Assembly: GCA_020184695.1 (NCBI GenBank)
Contig: JAANOX010000153.1
Location: forward strand, 992,001-1,056,000
DNA length: 64,000 nucleotides
DNA from: Histomonas meleagridis 2922-C6/04-290x
Lineage: Eukaryota; Protista; Parabasalia
Direction of reading: 5' to 3'
Shown: piece by piece, positions 21,255 through 32,799 of the stretch
Position numbering within the stretch: position 1 is the stretch's first letter
How the letters are laid out: each line of letters opens with the position of its first letter
Made by a program: the position numbers and the translations under genes
The notes under the pieces: model-generated
Told to the model about the DNA's origin: nothing
Seen by the model: only the letters and a program-made list of their open reading frames with translations
The model's database searches: none

Positions 21255-21535
21255 GATATTCTGTTTCCTCCTTTTCACAATCGTGATATTGTTGTAAATG
21301 ATAAGGGCAATCATAAAGCACCATATTGTGTTGCATTACACAAGACAAAAAACATGTTAGTGATGCAGTAATGAATCCAACAAGTACAGTATTTGATGCC
21401 ATATGATTGGCTGCAAATTTATTTATCCAGTTGTTCAAAAATATATTCAATAACGCCCATTTATCGTTGCTCGTGGTAAAGCAGTTCAACGGAAAGGTGA
21501 AACTAAACAATTTTATATTGAAGAAATCACATCTT
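21255..21535 (+). pseudogene. Decayed 5' fragment of cytosolic HSP70
   Basis: IVVNDKGNHKAPYCVAL and AVMNPTSTVFDA, plus nucleotide similarity to 57050-57370 (e.g. ccagttgttcaaaaa, ggaaaggtgaaactaaacaattttat). Confidence 0.75.
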
Positions 21536-22500
21536 GATTACCATATAAATCATTTCATTCTCAGTCACATCTTGATCACTATATAAATCATTTCTATTCT
21601 CAGTCACATCTTGATCACTATATAAATCATTTCATTCTCAGTCACATCTTGATCACTATATAAATCATTTCATTCTCAATCACATCTTGATCACTATATA
21701 AATCATTTCATTCTCAGTCACATCTTGATCACTATATAAATCATTTCATTCTCAGTCACATCTTGATCACTATATAAATCATTTCTATTCTCAGTCACAT
21801 CTTGATCACTATATAAATCATTTCTATTCTCAGTCACATCTTGATCACTATATAAATCATTTCATTCTCAGGCACATCTTGATCACTATATAAATCATTT
21901 CATTCTCAGTCACATTATGATCACTATATAAATCATTTCATTCTCAGTCACATCTTGATCACTATATAAATCATTTCATTCTCAATCACATCTTGATTAC
22001 TATATAAATCATTTCATTCTCAGTCACATCTTGATTACTATATAAATCATTTCATTCTCAGTCACATCTTGATCACTATATAAATCATTTCATTCTCAGT
22101 CACATCTTGATCACTATATAAATCATTTCATTCTCAGTCACATCTTGATTACTATATAAATCATTTCATTCTCAATCACATCTTGATCACTATATAAATC
22201 ATTTCATTCTCAATCACATCTTGATCACTATATAAATCATTTCATTCTCAATCACATCTTGATCACTATATAAATCATTTCATTCTCAATCACATCTTGA
22301 TCACTATATAAATCATTTCATTCTCAGTCACATTATGATCACTATATAAATCATTTCATTCTCAGTCACATCTTGATTACTATATAAATCATTTCATTCT
22401 CAGTCACATCTTGATTACTATATAAATCATTTCATTCTCAATCACATCTTGATCACTATATAAATCATTTCATTCTCAGTCACATCTTGACCACTGTACA
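21527..22500. repeat. 38-bp minisatellite, 25 full copies plus a partial copy
   Basis: Unit tcacatcttgatcactatataaatcatttcattctcag; three 39-bp variants; 953 bp = 25x38+3. Confidence 0.95.
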
Positions 22501-22592
22501 AAACATTGAATTTTCGAAATTGCTACGTGTGAATGCACTTTTGATCATTTCCAAAAATATCAATAATAAACCATTGAATATTAGCATTTATA

Positions 22593-24791
22593 TCACTGGA
22601 TGTATTCGATCATTACTCTTCCTCCATCGATTTGCTTTCTCTTAAAGTACTCATCGTTTTCCAACTCGATTATACAGTCTCTCAAAGTCTTTTGTTCAGG
22701 TCTAAAGTATTGTGCCAAAGCCTGCACTATTTCGTTTTCCAGATCGGTCTGTTCGAGTTTATTCTTTTGTTTCATTGTTCTCACAGCAGCAGCTTTTATT
22801 ACTTCTTTTTTACCTTTTTCGATGTGACCGTCAATTAGTTCCTTATTTTTCTTTCTTTCGTTTACTACTGGTGCAACTGCCACACGAACATTTTTGCAAA
22901 AGAATTGCGGATTAATTTGGAACAAGTCATCATCACAGATCTTCCTATCATTTGTAGCGGAAGTTCTTTTAAGTATTGGACAACTTGCAGCACATAAACG
23001 AACTAAATATTTCGCCGCAAGTGTTCTATCTTTCGTGATCACTGTTAATTCTTTAAATTTCTTTGGCGCTGTTGATACTTCATTAAGTATTGATGCACAT
23101 ATAATATCTGATGAAATAATATATGTAATTGTACGATTAGCTTTTTGATTCTTTGGAATTACAAGTTTGGATTCTACTGATGATACTGATTGTAATAATA
23201 CTAATCGTCGATGTTCATGCATTTTAGTATAGAAGTTAACAAATTGTTTGTGAATGTTATCTATTGGCGGTGGTAAATATTTGGCTTCACTTGTATCAAG
23301 ATGATATGTGTTAGAATCTAATAATATTGGCTCAAATTTAACTTTCGGAAATGACGCGCCACATTCGGTAGTAAATCGTTCGGCAATATCAGCTGAATCT
23401 TGAATCTTCTTCTTGTATTCTCCTAAATATTTCGCAAAGTCTTGTGATTTAGCATCGCGAATAGCTGTTACCACTTTAAGTTCATAATCATATACTTTGT
23501 CTTTCATCTTAATAAATCGAAGTGCCATATATGATTCATAATTACTCTTAAATGATACTTTGTCTTCAATCCGTCGATAAAACTTGGCGACTTCTGATGG
23601 AAAGTTCTCTTTTTCTTCAGGTGTAAGATTCTTAAATTCACTTTTGATATGTGAATCAATATAAACTACAAAGTTTTCACTAATCTTAAAGTTCGGATGA
23701 TTCCATCCTTTAATGATTTCTTTCTCAACTGCTTCAAGCGCTTCTTTAACATCGCCAAATATTATCTTATACGAATTTGACATGTTGTTAGTTAGGTCCA
23801 TAAGAACTTTTATGCCATGCGTAATTTGACTGGCTTTCATGTCATCAGTGAAGTTGGCAGATTGTTTGACCATTTCATCGTTGATGTAACGGGCGCATGA
23901 GGTATAAACGTTCTTCAAATCAACATCAAATTTAAGATATGTATCTACAAGCCATTTCATGGGTCGACTATCTTGCGCTGTAAGGGAAACACTAATGGGT
24001 GGTTCAGGACCTTGTAAAAACTTATCTTCATGTGAGGATAATAGCATTTCTAATACGATTTTAAGCGTGTACTCAATTTCATTTGGCTTCTTATCAAGTA
24101 TCGTAGCAAGAAGAAATTCTTCATGTTCAAATTGCGCTGATGCTTGTTGAAGATAATCATAAAATGTACATCCTTCAAATTTGGTCCTGAAGAAATCATC
24201 ATAATATTTCTTGGTTTCATTGATGAAGTCACCATAGAAATTGCCAAAGATTTTGCATATAGGATCGTCTTTAAATGAATAATACATATCTAATAAATTA
24301 AAGATCTTCTTTAAATCGACTTCTACATGTGATCGTGCTGATGCAATATCTCTTTCAATGCTCTCTGTTGTTTCTTCAATTAGTTTCTCGTCAGATAATA
24401 TAACATCTCGAAAATGTCGACGTATAATATTGAGTGTTGCATCTTTTTCTCTTTGGCTACTATCATAAAGCATATATATCTTGGGGATAACAAGGCAGTA
24501 GTTCTTGAAATCATCGAAAATTTTTGAAAAATGAAAAATTAACATATTTCCTGCTTTTTGTGAAAGTTGCTCTTTCCACATCTTGAAGTGTGCTTTAAGA
24601 TGTTGCTCTAATCCATTTTTTAGTTCATTTGAACGTGTTGAAGAAGATATCAAATTACTGACTGCATTATTAAGCTTCACAAAACTTAAATTAGATTGTT
24701 TGCATGCAAGAATATCACTTATGCCATTAGAAACTGTTTTCCATGGATCTTCACCACTGTCAGTATGGCTTTGGATTGGAGCCCTTGGCAT
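22593..24791 (-). CDS. Cullin family protein
   Basis: N-terminal W..VSNGI...LSFVKL cullin repeats, FYRRIEDKVSFKSNY, C-terminal AAAVRTMKQKNKL (neddylation region) and IIELENDEYFKR. Confidence 0.85.
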   Translation of the reverse strand: MPRAPIQSHTDSGEDPWKTVSNGISDILACKQSNLSFVKLNNAVSNLISSSTRSNELKNGLEQHLKAHFKMWKEQLSQKAGNMLIFHFSKIFDDFKNYCLVIPKIYMLYDSSQREKDATLNIIRRHFRDVILSDEKLIEETTESIERDIASARSHVEVDLKKIFNLLDMYYSFKDDPICKIFGNFYGDFINETKKYYDDFFRTKFEGCTFYDYLQQASAQFEHEEFLLATILDKKPNEIEYTLKIVLEMLLSSHEDKFLQGPEPPISVSLTAQDSRPMKWLVDTYLKFDVDLKNVYTSCARYINDEMVKQSANFTDDMKASQITHGIKVLMDLTNNMSNSYKIIFGDVKEALEAVEKEIIKGWNHPNFKISENFVVYIDSHIKSEFKNLTPEEKENFPSEVAKFYRRIEDKVSFKSNYESYMALRFIKMKDKVYDYELKVVTAIRDAKSQDFAKYLGEYKKKIQDSADIAERFTTECGASFPKVKFEPILLDSNTYHLDTSEAKYLPPPIDNIHKQFVNFYTKMHEHRRLVLLQSVSSVESKLVIPKNQKANRTITYIISSDIICASILNEVSTAPKKFKELTVITKDRTLAAKYLVRLCAASCPILKRTSATNDRKICDDDLFQINPQFFCKNVRVAVAPVVNERKKNKELIDGHIEKGKKEVIKAAAVRTMKQKNKLEQTDLENEIVQALAQYFRPEQKTLRDCIIELENDEYFKRKQIDGGRVMIEYIQ

Positions 24792-25656
24792 TGTATCTGT
24801 ATAACTGCTTCCTCAAAGGAACACATGAAATTGACAAAGTCTGTTCGAAATGTTATAAATAGGCCAAGTTTTTACTACTTGGAGAACCACATGTATAAAA
24901 AGCAAACAATTTAGCACTTTATAAGAAGCATTTAGAATAAATGATAAACAAAAATAATTCAAAATGATGAAATCAAAAACTTAAAAAAAAATTACAACCA
25001 AAATTTGATTAAATCATCACTTATTAAAAACACCCTTTTGTTAACAAAGAAAGTGGTACAATAAAAACAAAAAATATTTTCATTTAATAATGCAATTTTT
25101 TTTTGATTAATCAAACATTTTAAATAATTAATTAAATGACCTTAATCAACAATGCAGCTGTATGCAAATATGTACAGAAATATTTAAGTAATTCATTTAT
25201 TTGAAATAATCATTTTTCATTTTTTTAAATTATCAATATTATAACAAGAAATATTCAATGTCTTTATGAAAAAAACATGTGAGTTCAAAATAAGTAACAA
25301 AAAATAAATGATTTAATTTTTTTTTTTTTTTTGAAATCTAATTCGTATAAATCATTCATTTATATACATATTTTTATAAAAAAAAAGAGTCACAATACTT
25401 TTTTTTAAATTTTCTTGTGTGGAAAAGGACATAAAAAAGTTTTTCATTTCCTTCTTTGTCAACGTTCTTTTTTATTTTTGTGTTAATTTTTTGACATTTT
25501 TTTTATTTATTCAACAGATCTTTGGTCGTTTGGCCAAAAACCGTAAAAAAATTGTGTGTTTGATTACGTTTTCCGTAAGTGATGATGGCCACCCTCACAA
25601 TTTTCTGGGGCTACGATCACATATCCAATTGCAAGTAATCATGACTTCACCAAAAA

Positions 25657-26298
25657 ATGTCTATGAAAGAGATGCCTGTATGGGCAGAAGGGGAAGAATT
25701 TGTAAATAGCTTAACCCATGGAATTGCTGCCGCCCTGTCAGTGGTAGGAACTTACTTCTTGTTTAAATCCGAAAAGAATTCACATTGCAAGAGAAATCTA
25801 ATTTCAAAACTTATATTTGGACTTTCAATGATTATACTTTATACTGCTTCATGCGTTTATCATGGGGTAACAGATATTAGAATTAAAAAACCAATGAGAT
25901 ATATTGATCATTGTTCAGTGTTTTTGTTAATAGCAGGAAGTTACACACCAGTTACAGTTAATGTTTTATGGGGGAAAACAGGAAAAACAATGTTAATCAG
26001 TGTTTGGACAATTGCTCTTATTGGAATTTTTGCAAAAATATTCTTCTTTGATTTAATTTATGACTATACTGTGTACTTTTATATCGCTCTTGGATGGGTT
26101 GTAGCATTTAACATCAAAACTGTATATAAGGCATTAGCAAGACGTGGAATGTTTTGGCTAGCTCTTGGTGGTGTAACATATACGCTAGGTACCTACTTTT
26201 ATGCCAAAGACTACAACAAATATTATCATGCAATTTTCCATATATTCATTTTATTTGGCACAGTTTTCCAATACATTGCAATTCTTAAGTACACATAA
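25657..26298 (+). CDS. Hemolysin III / PAQR family membrane protein, bacterial type
   Basis: EEFVNSLTHG, ASCVYHG, DHCSVFLLIAGSYTP, HAIFHIFIL. Confidence 0.9.
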   Translation: MSMKEMPVWAEGEEFVNSLTHGIAAALSVVGTYFLFKSEKNSHCKRNLISKLIFGLSMIILYTASCVYHGVTDIRIKKPMRYIDHCSVFLLIAGSYTPVTVNVLWGKTGKTMLISVWTIALIGIFAKIFFFDLIYDYTVYFYIALGWVVAFNIKTVYKALARRGMFWLALGGVTYTLGTYFYAKDYNKYYHAIFHIFILFGTVFQYIAILKYT

Positions 26299-26514
26299 TT
26301 TTTTTTCAACAAAATAGTAAACATTGATATTTTATTTTAATTAATTAATTCTAAATATTAATTCTAAATATTAATATGATTCTAAATATTTCTTCAAAAA
26401 ATGACTTTTATCCTTTACAAAAAAGTGACACCGAATAATTGTCACTTTTATAAATAGCCGGACAAAAAAATTCAATGTCATTATAAGTGGCCTCATATCA
26501 TTTCACTTTTTTTA

Positions 26515-28643
26515 ATGAGTGAACAAGTTGAAAGCTTTGAATTTCAAGCTGAAATCAACCAATTGATGAGCCTCATCATCAATGCATTCTACACAAACAA
26601 AGAAATCTTTTTACGTGAATTGATTTCAAACGCATCCGATGCTTGCGATAAAATCCGTTACGAATCCCTCAAGAACCCAGAACGCCTTGGTAACCAAAAG
26701 GAACTTTTCATCAAGATTCTCCCAGACAAAGAAAACCGTGTTCTTTCAATCATTGATTCTGGTGTTGGTATGACCAAATCACACTTAATCAACAACCTTG
26801 GTACAATCGCACGCTCTGGTACACGTCAATTCATGCAAGCAATTGAAGAAGGTGCTGATCTTTCCCTCATCGGTCAATTCGGTGTCGGTTTCTTCTCTGC
26901 CTTCCTTGTTGCAGATCGTGTTGTTGTTACATCACACCACACAGATGACGACCAATACATTTGGGAATCAGAAGCAGGCCAAAACTTCACAATCAGACGT
27001 GATACAACTGGTGAAGATCTTATCCGTGGTACACGTATTGATCTTTATCTTAAGGAAGATATGACCGAATTCCTTGAAGAAAAGCGTCTTAAGGACCTTA
27101 TCAAGAAGCATTCCGAATTTATCGGATATCCAATTTATCTCTATGTTGAGAAGACAAAGGAAGAAGAAGTCACTGATGATGACGACGAAGGCGAAAAGAA
27201 GGTTGAAGAAGAAGGTGAAAAGAAAGATGAAGATAAGATCGAAGAAGTTGAAGATGAAAGCAAGAAATCCGAGAAAAAGAAGAAGAAGATCACCACAGTC
27301 GAACACGAATGGGAAGTTGTCAACAAGAACAAACCACTTTGGCTTCGTAACCCATCTGAAATCACTGATGATGAGTATGCCGAATTCTACAAATCCATTT
27401 CCAATGACTGGGAAAAGCATCTTGCAGTCAAACACTTCAAGACAGAAGGTGATGTTAACTTCACAGTTCTCTTATTTGTTCCACGTCGTGCACCATATGA
27501 CTTATTCGAGCCAAAGAAGAAGCTCAACAACATCAAATTATATGTACGCCGTGTCTTTGTTATGGACAACTGCGAAGACCTCATTCCAGAGTACCTTAAC
27601 TTCCTCAAAGGTATTGTTGATTCTGATGACTTACCACTTAACATTTCACGTGAAACACTCCAACAGAACCGTATCATCAAGCTCATCAAGAAGAACATTG
27701 TAAAGCGTGCAATCGAATTATTCAACCAAATCGCAGAGAACAAAGAAGACTTCAAGATCTTCTACGAACAATTCTCCAAGAACATCAAACTCGGCATTCA
27801 CGAAGACTCACAAAACCGCGCCAAGCTTGCCAAGTTATTACGCTTCAACTCAACACAATCACCAGAAGAACTCACATCATTCGACGAATACATCGAAAGA
27901 ACCAAAAGGGCATCTATTGGATCTCCGGCGAATCCAAAGAAGCAGTCATGAACTCGCCAATGCTTGAGTACTTCAGACATAAGGGAATTGAAGTGTTATT
28001 CTTAACTGACCCAATCGATGAGTATTGCTTCCAACAATTACGCGAATACTCCGACCATAAGTTGATTTGCATCACAAAGGAAAACTGCGAAATCGATGAA
28101 ACAGAAGAAGAAAAGGCCGAATTCGAAGAGTTGAAGAAGAAGTTCGAGCCAACATGCACAAAGATTAAGGAGATCATCGGCTCCGACTGCGAGAAAGTCG
28201 TCGTGTCAAAGCGCCTCGTCGTCACACCATGCGTAATTGTTACCGGCGAGTTCGGATGGACAGCAAACTTCCAAAGGCTTATGAACGCACAAGCGCTCAG
28301 AGATAACACAATGTCGTCGTACATGACACCGAAGAAGACATTGGAAATCAACGCAAAGCACCCAGTCATTGTGAAGTTGGCAAACCAATTGGAGAACGAA
28401 TCAGAAGAAAAGGTCAAGGACATGCTGTCAATGCTTTGGGACACAGCGCTGTTGTCGTCGGGCTTCACGCTCGCTAACCCAGCAGGATTCAGCGCAAGAA
28501 TCAATAGAATGGTCGCAGTCGCACTCGACGTCGCTGACCAACTCGAAGAATTACCACCAATCGTAGAACCAGAAGCCGAAAAGAAGGACGAAGGCGAATC
28601 GGCTGATGCTGCTGATGTTGATAAGTTCAATGATGTCGACTAA
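26515..28643 (+). CDS. HSP90: Cytosolic HSP90 with a frameshift at ~27902
   Basis: [35 protein letters not shown]; frame change between YIERT and [10 protein letters not shown]; tandem initiator TCATTTTCACTT upstream. Confidence 0.92.
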
Positions 28644-28949
28644 ACTGATAAAACTAAATAAAACATACGTTCTCTAAAGGATTTTTCCGAATTAAAGAAA
28701 TTATTATAGGGCACCCCAAATAACAATGCTGAAACAGTTTTTATTATGAACGAAAGGAAATTTAAGAATTAGTTCGATGAAATGACATTCATTGGGAAAG
28801 TAGCATAAAACCAAAAAAATGTGAAATTAATTTCGAAATTTGATGTTTGATTTCATTAATTTTTTCATAGACAAAAATATTTTAAAATGTTTTTTTTTTA
28901 AGCTCAAAACAAAAATTTAAAATTAGTGAATGGTATTTTACTTTAGGAA

Positions 28950-29558
28950 TTAATTTGTTGGATTGTTATTTTCTGGAGTTTCATTGTTACCTTCGGGAGG
29001 CGCTTCATTGCTGCTTCCAACAGGTGGCTCACGTTCGTTTGGTACTTTTTTGTGAACTGCTTCGAGCCAATCTTTGATATCTTTATCCAAATCAGCAGGT
29101 GGTTTCTTCTCAATAAAAACAAACTCATCAAGAATTGTGGCATTTGGTATAGCTTCTTTCAATGCATTGATTGCGCGTTCATAACCACTGCTTCCTTCGC
29201 TAAGAAATGGAATAATTGTTTTTCCTGTAAAGTCTGCTTCTTTTAAAAAGGAAGCCATTGGCCTTGAAATAGTATACCACCAAACAGGTGTACCTATGTA
29301 AATTGTTTTATACTTAGAAATATCAATATTTTCTGTAAGTTTTGGAAGAAAGCCAGACAGCAGATGCTTTCCAGCTTGGAAGCAAGCTACAAGGTATGAA
29401 TCAGAGTAGTTATTATCATCTGCCGTTTTAACTTCAAATATATCTCCATTTGTTTCTTTTTGAATTATTTCAGCCATTTTCTTAACGTGTCCCGTTCTTG
29501 AATAATAAACAACAAGTACATCTTTGGTTTGTTCTTGTGGTTCTTGGTTTGTTTCCAT
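28950..29558 (-). CDS. Flavodoxin, bacterial type
   Basis: VLVVYYSRTGHVKKMAE, IYIGTPVWW, IIPFLSEGSSG. Confidence 0.85.
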   Translation of the reverse strand: METNQEPQEQTKDVLVVYYSRTGHVKKMAEIIQKETNGDIFEVKTADDNNYSDSYLVACFQAGKHLLSGFLPKLTENIDISKYKTIYIGTPVWWYTISRPMASFLKEADFTGKTIIPFLSEGSSGYERAINALKEAIPNATILDEFVFIEKKPPADLDKDIKDWLEAVHKKVPNEREPPVGSSNEAPPEGNNETPENNNPTN

Positions 29559-29900
29559 ATATCGAGTGAACTTATTGCGCAGTTCACATGCGATAATTTT
29601 TGAGTGCTGAAGTTAACGATAGTCATCTCAAAAAGATGTCAAACCTTGTGTTTTGTATTCAAATATTTTTTGAAGATTTTATCTGTGTGATTTTGATTTA
29701 TCAAATAATACAAAAAGCTTTCTTATTGTCATCTGTTCTTAATCAACCAAATAAACGAATGATGTTAATAAAATGTGGAAATTATGTTATATTACAATAC
29801 GTATTGATTGCAATGAATTGATAATTTACCCAAAAAATTAAGATAAATACATTGAAAACATAGCAATTACCACATTCAAACAATTTTATTTAACACAAGA

Positions 29901-30881
29901 TTAAGTTTCGCTGAAGATTGGATGCATTAGTGCCTCTTTTGCTGTTATTCTTTTGCTCGGGACTGGCTCTAGCATCCTTTCTAATAGTTCGCAAATCGAT
30001 AAATTTATTTTTGTTTCTCTAATCAACGGATTCAATCCCAAAACTAACAGTTTTAGGTTAAATCCTTCAGTCTCATGGGGGAATTTGATTTTTCTGTTAC
30101 ACTCTTTAGCTGCTTCATTCAATTTGTGCGTTCCGACAATTTCTGCAATTTGACAAAGAGATGTCAAATCATCTTTACCATTAAAAAATGGATAGCGGAA
30201 TGTCAGTAATGACAACAAAACAACTCCAGCACTCCAAATGTCAATTGCAGTAGTCTGATTTTTTGAACGAATTAATACTTCTGGCGCGCGAAATCCACTA
30301 GTACCAGCTCTACGCCCAGAAATTTTTGGCCTCCCAAAGGATGATTGCGGATTCTGTAAGTCAATTTCAAGATTTGGATTATCTTCAAGATTGCTTTCAT
30401 CAATTAACTTGACTTCCTCACAAAATCCGAAATCTATCAGAACCCCAGACTTTGTTTTAAGATTGTACAAAAAATTGGAAGGTTTAATATCTCTGTGAAT
30501 GCAATTATTGGAATGAATAAATTCAATTGCTGTAAGTAAGTTTTTCATGTAACATATAATTTGATTTGCATTTATTGTTGACAGGAAGCTCATGAATTTA
30601 ATGCTTTCTCTGTATTCAAGAATAAGTGCAATTTTATTTTCTTGATGAATTACTGTAATTACCTTATTAATATTTGGGTGATTAAATTTTCGCATGTTCT
30701 TGATTTCTGTTAAGATTTGTTTGAGTGATATATTCCAAAAAAAAGATTTCATGGCAAATAATTGATCTGATTTTATGTGTCGAACCAAATAAACATTTGC
30801 AAAAGAACCACAGCCTAGTGGTTCCAAAATTTCAAAAGATTCAAATCCAATTTCATTTTGGCCGTCTGAATTGGGCTCCAT
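29901..30881 (-). CDS. CDC7: CDC7-like serine/threonine kinase
   Basis: GCGSFANVY, HRDIKPSNFLY, LIDFG, RRAGTSGFRAPEVL, IDIWSAGV...RYPFF. Confidence 0.8.
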   Translation of the reverse strand: MEPNSDGQNEIGFESFEILEPLGCGSFANVYLVRHIKSDQLFAMKSFFWNISLKQILTEIKNMRKFNHPNINKVITVIHQENKIALILEYRESIKFMSFLSTINANQIICYMKNLLTAIEFIHSNNCIHRDIKPSNFLYNLKTKSGVLIDFGFCEEVKLIDESNLEDNPNLEIDLQNPQSSFGRPKISGRRAGTSGFRAPEVLIRSKNQTTAIDIWSAGVVLLSLLTFRYPFFNGKDDLTSLCQIAEIVGTHKLNEAAKECNRKIKFPHETEGFNLKLLVLGLNPLIRETKINLSICELLERMLEPVPSKRITAKEALMHPIFSET

Positions 30882-31339
30882 CTAGATCGCTTCAGCCAAC
30901 GCCAGTTAACGTCTTGCACATGTTGTGTAAACTATCGGTTTCTTACAAAACACAAAATGAGAGATTTCATAGAATATTTTGTATGCGAAGTGTAAAGTAT
31001 TCAATAAAAATTGAATTCCATAAACGGTCGTTGAAAACTAAGAGATCTCTTTATGTAATTTGCAAACTATTATTCGATATTAAACTTCTTGGATTTATTA
31101 TCTATATATTATTTTATTGAATATTCTTATTATTTTCCAAATTTTTTAAACGTGATCAAATAAAATTGATTTTTTCTTCAGAAAAACCTATATTATTTGA
31201 TGAACATTGATGACACGTTCCTTTACTCAATAAAAGAAATTGACAAAAAAATTAGAAATAACGTTTTTGATATCAAAATTATTTCATGAAAAAAAAAATA
31301 TTTTTGGTATCATAAGTTTGAAGCCATTGATTGGCATGC

Positions 31340-31894
31340 CTATGTGGGTTGCTGGCTTTGTAGGTTGTCTAAATATTCTGGAAAATAATTTTTCATCAAA
31401 ATGCTTATACCTGTTTCAATTTGCTGGTACATGCTAATAAAGCATTTCTTAGGCATGCCATGAGGATTTTGTACTCTTGTTCCTTTTAATAATTCAATTA
31501 TTTTACCATTAAAATTTGGCGGCTTTCTTTTTTCTAAAAGATGAGTTACATAAGGTTCAAGAGAAACAATCAAATCGTATGATTGAAAATCTTTTTTTGT
31601 AATAATTTTTGATATATGTGAAGAAATATCAAAACCATTCGATTTAGCTATTTCTTGTGAATAAAATGCTGGATGCTCATTTAGGTTGTGAGCAGTTACA
31701 GCTGAGCTATCAACTTTTATTTGTCCATTAGTTAGTTTTCGAAATAAACCTTCGCATAATGGAGACCGAACAATGTTACCAAGACAAACAAACATTACAG
31801 ATTGTGGTTTTCTTTTCGGAGAACCAAGTATCATTTCCCCGTCTTTTCCTTTTTGAAAACAAAGTTGTTGTTGGCGTTGTGTTTTTTTCTTCAT
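31340..31894 (-). CDS. Low-molecular-weight protein tyrosine phosphatase
   Basis: VMFVCLGNIVRSPLCEG P-loop. Confidence 0.85.
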   Translation of the reverse strand: MKKKTQRQQQLCFQKGKDGEMILGSPKRKPQSVMFVCLGNIVRSPLCEGLFRKLTNGQIKVDSSAVTAHNLNEHPAFYSQEIAKSNGFDISSHISKIITKKDFQSYDLIVSLEPYVTHLLEKRKPPNFNGKIIELLKGTRVQNPHGMPKKCFISMYQQIETGISILMKNYFPEYLDNLQSQQPT

Positions 31895-32256
31895 TTTTTG
31901 TTTGAATAAAAACTTTTTGAATACTTTAAATTGTTAAACGTTTAAATAATTTTCATTTTTTGCTGCTGACATTCAAATACAAGTTAATAAAAACTAGCAC
32001 CCATACCAAGGTCAGAGATAATAAGTGAAACTGTAACAAATTTCTAATTAAACTTATTTTAAGAGGTGTCATTGAAATTCCTTCTACAAATAAGCCTTAA
32101 ACTCTTCTATTTGATTTCAAAAGCAAAACCACATAGAAAGGACACTACAATGCTTTTTTTTGCTTTCATTATGTAATTCAAAATGAACTTTATGATTTAA
32201 ACTAAATTGATCGTAAAAAATTATACTATTGTCATACGTATTAATGATAAATTTAT

Positions 32257-32691
32257 TTACTCAGCTGTAGGGAATGCAAGAATTTTTGAAATATAAATTC
32301 CAGATCCACCAAAATTCTCTAATACCTTTGTTTTAATATACTGTGCTTCAATTGGCTCATCAAGGTCATACATATGATCTCCAGCTCGGTGTTCTAACTC
32401 AACTTTTTTAGCAAGTTTCATATTGTTTGGATCAGTTCCTAAATAAAATTCAATAACTTTTGGATTTTGATTATTCTCTCCATGAAGATAAACACCAAGG
32501 CGTCGTACTTTGTATGTTTTATCAAATTTTATTGTGAGGTACTGTGGGAGTGATTCAAAATAACTGCTAAACCAAACAAATGTAGGATCACGAAGAACTA
32601 TATTAAGGGCGCGACTTTCGTGATGATACTGTGATGAAAATTCGTAAACTGTAGCACCATTTGGTGCAACACAAAGGTTCTTGTATTGCAT
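32257..32691 (-). CDS. Discoidin/F5-8-type galactose-binding-like fold protein (IFT25/APC10-like)
   Basis: GATVYEFSS...W.S...LPQYLTIKF...AQYIKTKVLENFG pattern. Confidence 0.55.
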   Translation of the reverse strand: MQYKNLCVAPNGATVYEFSSQYHHESRALNIVLRDPTFVWFSSYFESLPQYLTIKFDKTYKVRRLGVYLHGENNQNPKVIEFYLGTDPNNMKLAKKVELEHRAGDHMYDLDEPIEAQYIKTKVLENFGGSGIYISKILAFPTAE

Positions 32692-32799
32692 TTGTGGTCA
32701 AGAGATTGAATACGTTTGTTTGAAATCGGACATTTGATATGAAAAATGTCATGCATTTTTAATGATGATGAATAAAATTTTATTATTCATCCATTAGTT

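Noticed and set aside
21527-22500. CRISPR array
   Set aside because: Units are directly adjacent with no unique spacers, there are no cas genes, and the context is eukaryotic.
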